Made by a program: the position numbers and the translations under genes
Origin: Octopus bimaculoides
Taxonomy: Eukaryota
NCBI RefSeq assembly: GCF_001194135.2
Contig: NC_068999.1
Coordinates: 49,649,798-49,713,797, forward strand
DNA: 64,000 nt
Reading direction: 5' to 3'
Shown here: positions 25,757-38,537 of the stretch, piece by piece
Layout of the letters: each line of letters starts with the position of its first letter
Position numbering within the stretch: the stretch's first letter is position 1
The notes under the pieces: generated by a model
The model's input: the letters and a program-made list of their open reading frames with translations, nothing else
Databases searched by the model: none
Told to the model about the DNA's origin: nothing

Positions 25757-25973
25757 TAAGGCGACGAACTGGCGGAATCGTTTGCGCGCTCGACGAAGTG
25801 CTTAGCGGTATTTCGTCTGTCTTTCCGTTCTGAGTTCAAATTCCGCCATCATCCTTTCGGGTTCGATAAATTAAGTACCAGTTACACACTGGGGTCGATG
25901 TAATCGACTTAATCCCTCTGTCTGTCCTTGTTTGTCTCCTTTATGTTTATCCCCTTGTGGCCAATAATGAAAT
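25757..25973 (+). mobile_element. SINE family B (alternative tail, small internal deletion)
   Basis: Family head and body, followed by the tail TTAATCCCTCTGTCTGTCCTTGTTTGTC...CCCCTTGTGGCCAATAA. Confidence 0.87.
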
Positions 25974-26329
25974 TAGAATCGTTGCACATTGAGCAAAATG
26001 CTTAGCAATATTTATTTATTTTGTTCATTATGTACAATTATAATGGTGTGTATTCATTCTTATTTTATTTTACTCAATTTTATCAAAATTAAAGGATGTC
26101 TTCGACAATTCCGGAACGTATTGAATTCATTTTCTGCGTCATTTTTGGCCTACTTGGTAAATTACTCTATCTTTTCTTGTGGATTCCGTATGGACGAATG
26201 CTTAAGCTTCCTATGCGATCACAAACCAACAGTCCAGTCTCACCGTATAGAAACTTGGGGAAAAATTGTCTATTTTGTCACTGCATAGTATCAACCCAAT
26301 CCTTGCGTATAAAAGTGGATTTACGGAAA

Positions 26330-26520
26330 CTGTGCGGAAGCTCATCGAATTCGTTGTTACTGTAATTCAAGACCATAGCCTGTTTCACACACTGCGTCCT
26401 GCGGATTATGTTAACGGCACCTGTCTGTGAAATATTCAGTCTCTTAAACGCTGATTCAATGGGCAGTTAATTCAGTAGATTAAATAACTAAATCCTCATC
26501 GTTGAAACGGACGGAGATCC
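26330..26520 (+). mobile_element. Decayed SINE family D 3' body
   Basis: GCACCTGTCTGTGAAATATTCAG...TCCTCATCGTTGAAACGGACGGAG resembles the reverse complement of 5078-5200. Confidence 0.4.
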
Positions 26521-26894
26521 ATGTTGCTTTACTCTTTTGTTAATGATGTTTACTAAAGAGTTAAATCATGACCAAAATTTCACAAGTTCGTTTCCCAGCA
26601 CATGACTCTCACTCGACGAATTCAATTATCGGATACAGACAATTAAAAATGATTAGAGAGTGCGTGCGTGTGTTTGTGTTTTTGTGTATGTACGTGTGTA
26701 TGTGTGTGTGCGCATGCGTATATGCAAAATGAGATTGAAATGATCTTCTTCAGACAATGTTTTCGGTTTTATATATGACTTGTATGATGATTGCAACCTA
26801 CTATATTCGTGTACTCCATATTCATACTGTCCTGTGTGTATCGCATTCTGCGTTTGGGCTAACATATGATTTCCGCTTTTTCCCTCCCACAAAA

Positions 26895-26937
<43 letters not shown>

Positions 26938-27394
26938 CGTGCGCGCGCGCGCGCGTGTGTGCATTTACCTATGTCTCTAAGCATATGGGAGCATTTATAA
27001 ATATTTTTTAATGAATTATTCACTTTCTATTTCTGCCACTCTCCCTCCCTCTCTCTCCTCCCTCTCTCTCTCTCTGCATGACTGAATGTATGTACGTTTG
27101 TAGAAGAAGACAGAAAGAATATTGTAACAACGCCAGGATATTTGGAACATCTTACGTGTTGTAACCTTNNNNNNNNNNNNNNNNNNNNNNNNNNNNNNNN
27201 NNNNNNNNNNNNNNNNNNNNNNNNNNNNNNNNNNNNNNNNNNNNNNNNNNNNNNNNNNNNNNNNNNNNNNNNNNNNNNNNNNNNNNNNNNNNNNNNNNNN
27301 NNNNNNNNNNNNNNNNNNNNNNNNNNNNNNNNNNNNNNNNNNNNNNNNNNNNNNNNNNNNNNNNNNNNNNNNNNNNNNNNNNNNNNNNNNNNNN

Positions 27395-27430
<36 letters not shown>

Positions 27431-27702
27431 CCTTAAACTGTCTGACAAACGGGAGCGTGAAACTCTGAGTAACAGTTTTTGTGATATTTTTGCTGCTTTT
27501 TAATAAAGCATATTAATTACCCTACCTCTGGTATTCGAGTACTATTTTTTCCACCTTGTTTCGCATTTATGTGCTTATTTTGGTACATACGTGTGTGTAT
27601 GTATGTATAATATATATGTGTGTGTGTAGTATGTATGTATGTATGTATGTATGTATGTATGTATGTATGTATGTATGTATGTATGCATGTATGTATGTAT
27701 GT

Positions 27703-28083
27703 AAGAGAGCACAGTAGAAAGCAAGGCTACAATTTAAGGACGGTGTCAAGTCCTCATTAAAGGCCCGTGATGTAGGAATCCGGAGAGCAATGCCTGTCAT
27801 CGCCACAGATGGAGGAAGCAGGTTAACGGGTGGGGGTCGACACCTTCGAAACATCACGTATTCTTCGTGAAGAGTTTAAGTGTGCTACTCGAAAGTGCAC
27901 TGCTAGCGTATTGAATGGGGTAAGCTTGGTCTGCAATGTTTGCAGTCGTGTATGCTCGGCAAGTGCACGGCTCATTAGCCATCAACGGAGCCGTAAATGC
28001 AAAGTTTAAGTTGGTCCTAGAGCATACAATGACCTTAAAGGTCAGCAATGGTCTTCCTCGCTCAGGAGTGGAAGGCAATCATG
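27703..28083 (+). mobile_element. RTE-clade LINE 3' end with C-terminal C2H2 finger
   Basis: RLQFKDGVKSSLKA (RPxxRxKD motif), then frameshifted ...ACHRHRWRKQV..., then VCNVCSRVCSASARLISHQRSRKCKV* (27929-28009) and a short 3' UTR; flanked by (TATG)n and (TA)/(CA)n. Confidence 0.82.
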
Positions 28084-28100
28084 TATATAAACACACACAC

Positions 28101-28141
<41 letters not shown>

Positions 28142-28851
28142 NNNNNNNNNNNNNNNNNNNNNNNNNNNNNNNNNNNNNNNNNNNNNNNNNNNNNNNNNNN
28201 NNNNNNNNNNNNNNNNNNNNNNNNNNNNNNNNNNNNNNNNNNNNNNNNNNNNNNNNNNNNNNNNNNNNNNNNNNNNNNNNNNNNNNNNNNNNNNNNNNNN
28301 NNNNNNNNNNNNNNNNNNNNNNNNNNNNNNNNNNNNNNNNNNNNNNNNNNNNNNNNNNNNNNNNNNNNNNNNNNNNNNNNNNNNNNNNNNNNNNNNNNNN
28401 NNNNNNNNNNNNNNNNNNNNNNNNNNNNNNNNNNNNNNNNNNNNNNNNNNNNNNNNNNNNNNNNNNNNNNNNNNNNNNNNNNNNNNNNNNNNNNNNNNNN
28501 NNNNNNNNNNNNNNNNNNNNNNNNNNNNNNNNNNNNNNNNNNNNNNNNNNNNNNNNNNNNNNNNNNNNNNNNNNNNNNNNNNNNNNNNNNNNNNNNNNNN
28601 NNNNNNNNNNNNNNNNNNNNNNNNNNNNNNNNNNNNNNNNNNNNNNNNNNNNNNNNNNNNNNNNNNNNNNNNNNNNNNNNNNNNNNNNNNNNNNNNNNNN
28701 NNNNNNNNNNNNNNNNNNNNNNNNNNNNNNNNNNNNNNNNNNNNNNNNNNNNNNNNNNNNNNNNNNNNNNNNNNNNNNNNNNNNNNNNNNNNNNNNNNNN
28801 NNNNNNNNNNNNNNNNNNNNNNNNNNNNNNNNNNNNNNNNNNNNNNNNNNN

Positions 28852-28898
<47 letters not shown>

Positions 28899-30724
28899 AG
28901 CGTTTGAGGGCTGATATAAAAATTAAATCCAAAGGAGAGAAAACAACAGAGGTAAAACGCGAAGCAAGTTCTTTTGATCTTACAATAAATAACCTACGAT
29001 AGCTCCGTATTCCATCATTAGACCTCTTAGTTCTATTTTCGAACACGGAAAATTTACTGGAAAGAAACACTTTGTGTTTCTTCTTTGTGCTTGTGACACT
29101 TTGACATTCTGATATTTTGGTCAACAAGTTTAAATAAAAGCTTAATTGACAAGCTAAAATGATGTATTGCTCAAGTAAGTGATTCGCTGTTCATGGAAAA
29201 GGGCGAAATCAATATAAAGAAATGAATGTGACATTGATGGTTGTTCTGGTTGTTGTTGTTGTTGTTCTTTTTTTTTTTTGTATTTGAGAGACATATTAGG
29301 GGCACGTATTTCATCAGCGTGCATTTTGTTTCCAATACGCAAACAAAAATGTAAGGAGTAAAAGAAAAGACACATTTACATGTATTTGTCTTTGTTTGCA
29401 TCCGTTTGTGCATGTGAATGCGTGTTCATATGTATGTATGTATGTATGTATGTATATATGTATGTATGTATGTATGTATGTGTGTATGTGTAAATATATA
29501 TGAACGTATATGCACATATAGACACAAATTTCAACATCTGTCAATATATACTGTATATTGCTGTATTAATATAGATTTGTACATATANNNNNNNNNNNNN
29601 NNNNNNNNNNNNNNNNNNNNNNNNNNNNNNNNNNNNNNNNNNNNNNNNNNNNNNNNNNNNNNNNNNNNNNNNNNNNNNNNNNNNNNNNNNNNNNNNNNNN
29701 NNNNNNNNNNNNNNNNNNNNNNNNNNNNNNNNNNNNNNNNNNNNNNNNNNNNNNNNNNNNNNNNNNNNNNNNNNNNNNNNNNNNNNNNNNNNNNNNNNNN
29801 NNNNNNNNNNNNNNNNNNNNNNNNNNNNNNNNNNNNNNNNNNNNNNNNNNNNNNNNNNNNNNNNNNNNNNNNNNNNNNNNNNNNNNNNNNNNNNNNNNNN
29901 NNNNNNNNNNNNNNNNNNNNNNNNNNNNNNNNNNNNNNNNNNNNNNNNNNNNNNNNNNNNNNNNNNNNNNNNNNNNNNNNNNNNNNNNNNNNNNNNNNNN
30001 NNNNNNNNNNNNNNNNNNNNNNNNNNNNNNNNNNNNNNNNNNNNNNNNNNNNNNNNNNNNNNNNNNNNNNNNNNNNNNNNNNNNNNNNNNNNNNNNNNNN
30101 NNNNNNNNNNNNNNNNNNNNNNNNNNNNNNNNNNNNNNNNNNNNNNNNNNNNNNNNNNNNNNNNNNNNNNNNNNNNNNNNNNNNNNNNNNNNNNNNNNNN
30201 NNNNNNNNNNNNNNNNNNNNNNNNNNNNNNNNNNNNNNNNNNNNNNNNNNNNNNNNNNNNNNNNNNNNNNNNNNNNNNNNNNNNNNNNNNNNNNNNNNNN
30301 NNNNNNNNNNNNNNNNNNNNNNNNNNNNNNNNNNNNNATATAAACACACACACACATATATATATATATAAACATATATATACACATATATATATATAGC
30401 TATACGTATTCATTTATTGTAATCTTTGTTGTTTTTGTTATAGATATTCTTCTAGTTTCATTTGTTAGTCGTTGTTGTTATTGTTGTTGTTGTTGTTCTT
30501 ATCGTTGTTGTTGATATTGTGTGAAAACAAAGGGTGAATGCATTATTAGCCAAATGTCATTGGCGATGATGAGAAGGAGCCAGTAAACGTAATTAGGAAT
30601 AGGAAACGATGTATTCGGTACACTACAACACAACAGCGCGAACTAATCTAACAGCGCCCGAAATAACAAACGAAAAGAACCACCAACAGACGGCAACAGC
30701 CCTGCAATAATTACGAAAGAAAAA

Positions 30725-30725
30725 T

Positions 30726-30772
<47 letters not shown>

Positions 30773-31155
30773 TGTAGACGAAGAAGACGAAGAAGAAGAC
30801 GATGAAGAAGACGATGAAGAAGAAGAAGAACAACAACAACGACAACAACAAATATATTTTTAACTTCTGGTTAATTTTGAACATCACAGTGTTTTGGGTT
30901 TGACTATCTTTATTTAGTTTTGTTAAGTTTAATTGTATTTCTTCTCCTTCCTCTTCTCCCTCTTCCTCCTCCTCTTCTTCTTATTATTATTCCTCTTCTT
31001 CTCCCTCTTCTTCCTCTCCTTCTTCTTCTTCTTCTTCTTCTTCTTCTTCTTCTTCTTCTTCTTCTTCTTCTTCTTCTTCTTCTTCATCATCCACCACCAC
31101 CACCAGCACCACCCACCACTACCCCTACCAACAACAACAACAACAACAATAACAA
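30725..31155. repeat. Compound microsatellite (TAG, GAA, TTC/CTC, CAC, AAC)
   Basis: Directly visible. Confidence 0.95.
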
Positions 31156-31226
31156 CATCAACACTTTTCCTTTTCATTTTCAAAAATAAACAATATCTTT
31201 ATTTTCGGTAGTTTTGAAGAACAGTG

Positions 31227-31335
31227 TCAGTTCACATCCAACGAAAGATAAGATGAGGGACGTAAGGTGGTGCGAGATAAGGCGGCGGCGGCGGCGGCGG
31301 CGGCAGGGAGGAGAAGGAAGAGTAACAAGGTATGC
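31227..31335 (+). promoter_or_regulatory. Candidate initiator plus GC-rich first exon with splice donor
   Basis: TCAGTT at 31227-31232, a (GGC)8 tract, and AAG|GTATGC at 31329/31330. Confidence 0.3.
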
Positions 31336-31622
31336 GTTTTCGTGATTTCGCGACAAACTTTTGCGATATATATGCTTCTTTGGTCACATCTCACCGGGGT
31401 CAACTTCACCTTCCTTAAATCCGAGGTCGATGAAATAAGCAACAATCATTTACTCGTGTTAAAACGATAGAAAATCTCTAGTTTATTAGTTTATTTATCA
31501 CTTAGAAATGAGAATATCGTCCTGCTAACACAAAATGACCTAATATTGACTTTTATATACTTGACAGTATATAATGGATGCGAAATGAAATATTGTATTC
31601 TTGCAGGTAATTAATATTTCCG

Positions 31623-31844
31623 TTAAGGCATCACGAGCTGGCAGAATCGTTAGCACGCAGAGAAAGATGCTTGGTGGCATTTCGTCTGTCTCTACGTTCT
31701 GAGTTCAAATTCCACCGATTTGATCTTGCCTTCCATCCTATCGGGATCAATAAAATGAGTAGCAGTTGAGCACTGGGGTCGATTTAATGGACTTGGCCCT
31801 CCCACAAGACTGATGACCTTGTGCTAAAATTTGAAACCGATATT
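31623..31844 (+). mobile_element. SINE family B
   Basis: GAGCTGGCAGAATCGTTAGCACG...GAGTTCAAATTCC...CTGGGGTCGAT...CCTTGTGCTAAAATTTGAAACC. Confidence 0.88.
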
Positions 31845-32096
31845 TACGTACCAGCTTTCAGGAATGTGCTTAATATGTAAATTGGTCTGTTCATTAGTGC
31901 TACACCGTTAAGCTTGGTGGATATTTAAGCAATGCGTTTGTAAATAGTTGCTGGGTTCGATGTGTTACTGATGAAAGTGTAACAATTCTTGAAATAAGCA
32001 TATACAAACATTCGTGTGTGCGTATGTGTGTGTGTGTATAGCCCGGGCTCAATCAATGGTTTGTGAGTGAACTTTGCAGGCGAAATCTGAGCGGAA

Positions 32097-32133
<37 letters not shown>

Positions 32134-32571
32134 AGAGAGAGAGAGAGAGAGAGAGGTTATGAGCGGTAGTGGTTTCAGGTTTCAGGTAATGCTGAGTAAG
32201 TGCTAAGAATAGACTATAGTTAAGCTCCAGGTTCGGTGATTTTGCGAATAATGGGTCCAACGTAGGTCATATACCAGCGTGTGAATATAAGGATTTACTT
32301 TTCGTAATGAGATACATAAATAGGCGCAGGCGTGGCTGTGTGGTATATCTTCCGTGTACTTCTCAGCTTCGGAATTAGCGATTCGGGTTATTTTGATTAT
32401 TCCAAGTGTCAGAACTTCAGACATGGCTTATACCTAGAAAATATCTAAAGGTTTTGTTTGATAGGATGCACTTATAAGTCGTACCTCCAACTTTACGTGA
32501 ACATTTCAGGGAAAAAAGTGTCACTTATAGCCGAATATATACGGTACATACCGATAGGTTTCCACGTAATG

Positions 32572-32814
32572 ATACCAATATATTTCTCATGTATACATTT
32601 CTTCTAATCGCCCACCTCGGCCATGTGGTTAATGTCAGAAATAATCATTTTAATGATTATATCCTCAATTTATAAATATAGATAATTTTGAGTAGTCTAG
32701 CTATTATATTATACTATTATATTCACCCTGAAAGATTGCTGACATTAACCACATGGCCGAGATGGGTGATTAGATGTAATGAATACGCGGGAAATGCATG
32801 TATATATTGGTATC
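32572..32814. mobile_element. MITE-like fold-back element
   Basis: 32603-32638 and 32739-32774 are 36-bp inverted repeats with 2 mismatches; imperfect extension outward to ATACCAATATAT / ATATATTGGTAT; AT-rich spacer of about 100 nt. Confidence 0.65.
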
Positions 32815-32817
32815 TGT

Positions 32818-32915
32818 AAAAGGAACTTGCCCAACATGCCGAGGAGTGGAACTGAACGCGTAACCGCGCGGTTGAGAACCGAGCTTCTTCAGCACTTAGC
32901 CATCCCTATGCCTTC
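32818..32915 (-). mobile_element. Decayed SINE family A head
   Basis: ACTTGCCCAACATGCCGAGGAGTGGAACTGAAC resembles ACTTGCCCAAGGTGCCACGCAGTGGGAATGAAC at about 8967. Confidence 0.55.
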
Positions 32916-33671
32916 TGCCCAAATTAGAAACTATTATTTACTCGGTAATTAATTGAGTTCAGAAATCTGTCTGTGTGTCACAAGTGTGATAAATTGCTGT
33001 AAAGGATTTGATGTAGGATAGTCTTTTTTTTTTGTATTTTCTATTCATTTTATTGTTTTTATTCTTCTCTGTTGTTATCAGCTCTGTCAAGCTACAATTG
33101 ATTATTAGGGCCTTGGATTCCTTTGTGCTACTTACTCCTAGTTCTAAACATACACAAACACACACTAATAAATGTATATCAATTTGCTCTTATCCTGTCA
33201 TGTCTTAAATTGCAGTTACTTGGCTCGTAGTCTAAAACAGACACCTTCTCCTACAATTATTCGTGTACATGTATGTGTGTATATATGTATATATATATAN
33301 NNNNNNNNNNNNNNNNNNNNNNNNNNNNNNNNNNNNNNNNNNNNNNNNNNNNNNNNNNNNNNNNNNNNNNNNNNNNNNNNNNNNNNNNNNNNNNNNNNNN
33401 NNNNNNNNNNNNNNNNNNNNNNNNNNNNNNNNNNNNNNNNNNNNNNNNNNNNNNNNNNNNNNNNNNNNNNNNNNNNNNNNNNNNNNNNNNNNNNNNNNNN
33501 NNNNNNNNNNNNNNNNNNNNNNNNNNNNNNNNNNNNNNNNNNNNNNNNNNNNNNNNNNNNNNNNNNNNNNNNNNNNNNNNNNNNNNNNNNNNNNNNNNNN
33601 NNNNNNNNNNNNNNNNNNNNNNNNNNNNNNNNNNNNNNNNNNNNNNNNNNNNNNNNNNNNNNNNNNNNNNN

Positions 33672-33743
<72 letters not shown>

Positions 33744-33866
33744 TGTGTGTATGTACATTCGTGTTTTTATGTTGTGGCTATCTTTTTGATCTTACGATAA
33801 ATGATTAATATTATGAAAATCTACTACATCTGAACAAGAGAGAGTAAAAGCAATAAGAACAACAAT

Positions 33867-33903
<37 letters not shown>

Positions 33904-34428
33904 GCAGCAGTAAGAATACCAACAGTTACGAAACAGAGAGACAAGATGGCGATAAAACCAACAAAACTAACCAATAAATTAAACAGAACTGAATCGTATA
34001 TTCTGCCTACATCACGAACATAAATCAAGCCTTCATATCTATAAACGTTATACGAAACATGATTTTTCTACATTATGTATATTCGACATTGACTAATGAG
34101 AAAAAGATAGCTGGATACCGACTTTATTACTATGAGCTGTTTATTTTGGTGGAGTATACAGTTGCATGAGGTGCGTTGTTTAAAGATTAGGTAAATTTCT
34201 AGAAGATAATTCGTTTATATCTAATTTTGAAATTTTATTATGCACATATGAACACGTAGTACGTTTTATTACAGGCACACGCACGAACAAATAGATACGG
34301 ACATTACATGCATTGTGTATTTGTGTATATATATATTAAAATAACATGTGCGCATTATATATATATATACAGGTATAATATATATATGTGTGTATACATA
34401 TATTTATATCTGTCTATTTATCTATCCA

Positions 34429-34463
<35 letters not shown>

Positions 34464-35386
34464 NNNNNNNNNNNNNNNNNNNNNNNNNNNNNNNNNNNNN
34501 NNNNNNNNNNNNNNNNNNNNNNNNNNNNNNNNNNNNNNNNNNNNNNNNNNNNNNNNNNNNNNNNNNNNNNNNNNNNNNNNNNNNNNNNNNNNNNNNNNNN
34601 NNNNNNNNNNNNNNNNNNNNNNNNNNNNNNNNNNNNNNNNNNNNNNNNNNNNNNNNNNNNNNNNNNNNNNNNNNNNNNNNNNNNNNNNNNNNNNNNNNNN
34701 NNNNNNNNNNNNNNNNNNNNNNNNNNNNNNNNNNNNNNNNNNNNNNNNNNNNNNNNNNNNNNNNNNNNNNNNNNNNNNNNNNNNNNNNNNNNNNNNNNNN
34801 NNNNNNNNNNNNNNNNNNNNNNNNNNNNNNNNNNNNNNNNNNNNNNNNNNNNNNNNNNNNNNTATATATATATATATATATATAGAGAGATAGATAGATA
34901 GATAGATAGATAGATATACATATATTTGTACATACATACATATCAATGTATCTATATACACATATAAATAATATATATCTACATACCGATTTCTTCTCTC
35001 TCTCTCCACACACACACAAACACATGCATATACGTGATAAAACGACGACCTAGTCATGCAGCTGGAGTTGTTTACGAAGTTTACGGAAATTGCAAGCTAA
35101 TATTTATAGAAAGCGATATTGGAGAAATATTTAAGCAATGTCGATTTCACATTAAGTTAACATTTGTATAGAAGAGCAAACAATATATACATTATATAAA
35201 TATAAACAGATAGATATTATGCACAAATACTTAACCATTATGACGCATACTGCGTGGTCAGAAGTATACTCGCAACAGATTTCAACCAATAAATTCTGTA
35301 ACGTCAGCAAACAATTCCACTTGCATGACTAACAATAGCCATAGATTGTATGCAGAGTGAAGTAACTGGTTCTAGCCAATCAACTA

Positions 35387-35460
35387 CTGAAAAGGTGGAA
35401 TGTCACCGAAACATCGAAATATTCTACGAATTACTCTTCACATGATCACAATAGACGTTG

Positions 35461-35465
<5 letters not shown>
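35387..35465 (+). ncRNA. Decayed hammerhead motif with Penelope-like tail
   Basis: CTGAAAA GGTG GAATGT CACC GAA ACAT C; G8 is A and ACGT has become ACAT; the downstream ATAGACGTTGCCTCA is repeated at 36585-36599. Confidence 0.45.
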
Positions 35466-35516
<51 letters not shown>

Positions 35517-36222
35517 NNNNNNNNNNNNNNNNNNNNNNNNNNNNNNNNNNNNNNNNNNNNNNNNNNNNNNNNNNNNNNNNNNNNNNNNNNNNNNNNNNNN
35601 NNNNNNNNNNNNNNNNNNNNNNNNNNNNNNNNNNNNNNNNNNNNNNNNNNNNNNNNNNNNNNNNNNNNNNNNNNNNNNNNNNNNNNNNNNNNNNNNNNNN
35701 NNNNNNNNNNNNNNNNNNNNNNNNNNNNNNNNNNNNNNNNNNNNNNNNNNNNNNNNNNNNNNNNNNNNNNNNNNNNNNNNNNNNNNNNNNNNNNNNNNNN
35801 NNNNNNNNNNNNNNNNNNNNNNNNNNNNNNNNNNNNNNNNNNNNNNNNNNNNNNNNNNNNNNNNNNNNNNNNNNNNNNNNNNNNNNNNNNNNNNNNNNNN
35901 NNNNNNNNNNNNNNNNNNNNNNNNNNNNNNNNNNNNNNNNNNNNNNNNNNNNNNNNNNNNNNNNNNNNNNNNNNNNNNNNNNNNNNNNNNNNNNNNNNNN
36001 NNNNNNNNNNNNNNNNNNNNNNNNNNNNNNNNNNNNNNNNNNNNNNNNNNNNNNNNNNNNNNNNNNNNNNNNNNNNNNNNNNNNNNNNNNNNNNNNNNNN
36101 NNNNNNNNNNNNNNNNNNNNNNNNNNNNNNNNNNNNNNNNNNNNNNNNNNNNNNNNNNNNNNNNNNNNNNNNNNNNNNNNNNNNNNNNNNNNNNNNNNNN
36201 NNNNNNNNNNNNNNNNNNNNNN

Positions 36223-36260
<38 letters not shown>

Positions 36261-36874
36261 TGTATATATGTGTGTGTATGTATTATATATATGTATATAT
36301 ACATACAAACACACACGCACACACAAACACATGCGCACACACGTACAATCACACATGTGTGTATGAGTCTAAGCAAATTATATGCATACATATAAATTTC
36401 AAAACAGCATTGATGCCATATTCGTCATTATTTACTCTAAATTAAACAAATTTAAATCAATAATATTCCAATAACATTTCTTGTAAAAGGAATTCAAATT
36501 TTCACGTTGCAAAATTTCATAAAGAGCTTTACTATGAAAGAAGTCCTATCCACTTCAGTAAAATCACATGATCACATGATGACGATAGACGTTGCCTCAA
36601 TTTATTCAATATTTCTGTTGTTAGATAAACGGAGTATACACAGTATAGTACCGTTGTTCATGAGGAAGACGAATTACAGGTACGATTATTCATCCAACAG
36701 TGTTCCCCACGCGATTTCCATCTTCGATTATCACGTTGAAAGGTATTCGAAACACCAGCAAAGATGAAAAACCATTCTCATTATTTAAATTTGTTTGTAT
36801 TGCTTTCAAATTGTAAATATGTAAAGCAAAGCATTTTTGTAGATTAATTTTACATAAAAAATAGGGGAAATAGG

Positions 36875-36916
<42 letters not shown>

Positions 36917-37387
36917 AACAGAGTGAGAGAGAGGGAGATTTGAACATCATGTTGTCCCTCTCAAGCAGCAACAGCTAAGCATCAGCAGCAAAAATAACTG
37001 CGTAAACTTATTGTTGAAAAGTGAAGAGAACAAAATCCTTCGTGTCGACTGGACTAACAAATGTCAATGAAGACCTCGATGTGAAACGCTCAGCATCCCA
37101 AAAAGAGGCAATGGCAAGGTATGCTTCCTGAAGCCTGGAAGTAGATGGTAGTATCCAGATGACGTGCAGCTTCTCTTGGATTCGTGATTGCTGCATCACA
37201 CATCGAAGGCTGTGCATTTGTAATCCAAGAATACAATCTGTAAGTGGAACTGTAAAACTATGCAAAACTTTTCCCAAATTTGAAATCTGAATTTTATTCT
37301 TGTAATCTTCATTCCAACGACGAGTTTTGTATCTATATTAGAAACCAGCTCCTTCCTCACAGATTTTAAATAACTAAAAGCAAAGTA

Positions 37388-37443
<56 letters not shown>

Positions 37444-38145
37444 AGTTCAGACGATTCGCTTCGTATTTATTCGCTTTCTCTTATTTATAATCTCAAATAT
37501 ATCAGTAAAGTTGCGTGTCTGCATGACTGAATGAGTGTGTAATAGTGCGCATGTAATAATCCCATGGTTAAATTTTTGACATAGTAAAATATAAAAACTT
37601 TGAAGAACATGACACTGAAATTTAAAGGGAAGAGTAAATCCTTTGAAATGACTGGAATTAAACTCTAATTATGTATCGTTGATTATAAGTGGAAGTAACC
37701 CAAACTTCTATAATTATTTCTTTGTTCCAGCTGTATTCTTTGATATAGTCTAGCTTGCTCTCCATTGGGTAAGATGGGAGAGAATATTTTTCGCTAATTC
37801 CTGTTCGATCCAATTCGAGATTCAGTCTGTAATTATGCATTCAGTTCATACAAATTCAATTATTGAAGAGACGACAATCAGGATTTAAATTCGATCCGCA
37901 CAACTAATAATCAATTGTCTCGCAAATTATCTACTTTAACTTGTAATTAGCATCAACCTTCAAAATAAAACGATTATTTATCAAAATCGATCTCAAGAAT
38001 TTAAAATCAATTGTCTCGCAAATTACCTGGTTTAATTCAGAATTACCTTTAACCTTGAAACCATAAAAATAACGAATAGTTAATAACGAAAGCGTATCCG
38101 TTGATATTCACCATATAAAGATATCGCCATTTTATAGCCGCATCC

Positions 38146-38192
38146 TTTACCTTTTACTTGTTTCAGTCACTGGACTGCGACCAAGCTGGGGT
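38146..38192 (-). mobile_element. SINE family A 3' tail (remainder in gap)
   Basis: TTTTACTTGTTTCAGTCACTGGACTGCG matches 8651-8680. Confidence 0.75.
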
Positions 38193-38489
38193 NNNNNNNN
38201 NNNNNNNNNNNNNNNNNNNNNNNNNNNNNNNNNNNNNNNNNNNNNNNNNNNNNNNNNNNNNNNNNNNNNNNNNNNNNNNNNNNNNNNNNNNNNNNNNNNN
38301 NNNNNNNNNNNNNNNNNNNNNNNNNNNNNNNNNNNNNNNNNNNNNNNNNNNNNNNNNNNNNNNNNNNNNNNNNNNNNNNNNNNNNNNNNNNNNNNNNNNN
38401 NNNNNNNNNNNNNNNNNNNNNNNNNNNNNNNNNNNNNNNNNNNNNNNNNNGCAGTGGTGGGGGACATACACACACCTTTTCTCTCTCTC

Positions 38490-38524
<35 letters not shown>

Positions 38525-38537
38525 CACACACATACAT

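Noticed and set aside
31810-31837. CTGATGA...GAAAC in the SINE B tail
   Set aside because: No stem II pairing; other SINE B copies lack the CTGATGA.
37730-37767. 38-nt segment between a good acceptor and a GTAAGA donor
   Set aside because: Stops in all three frames; cannot be supported as a coding exon.
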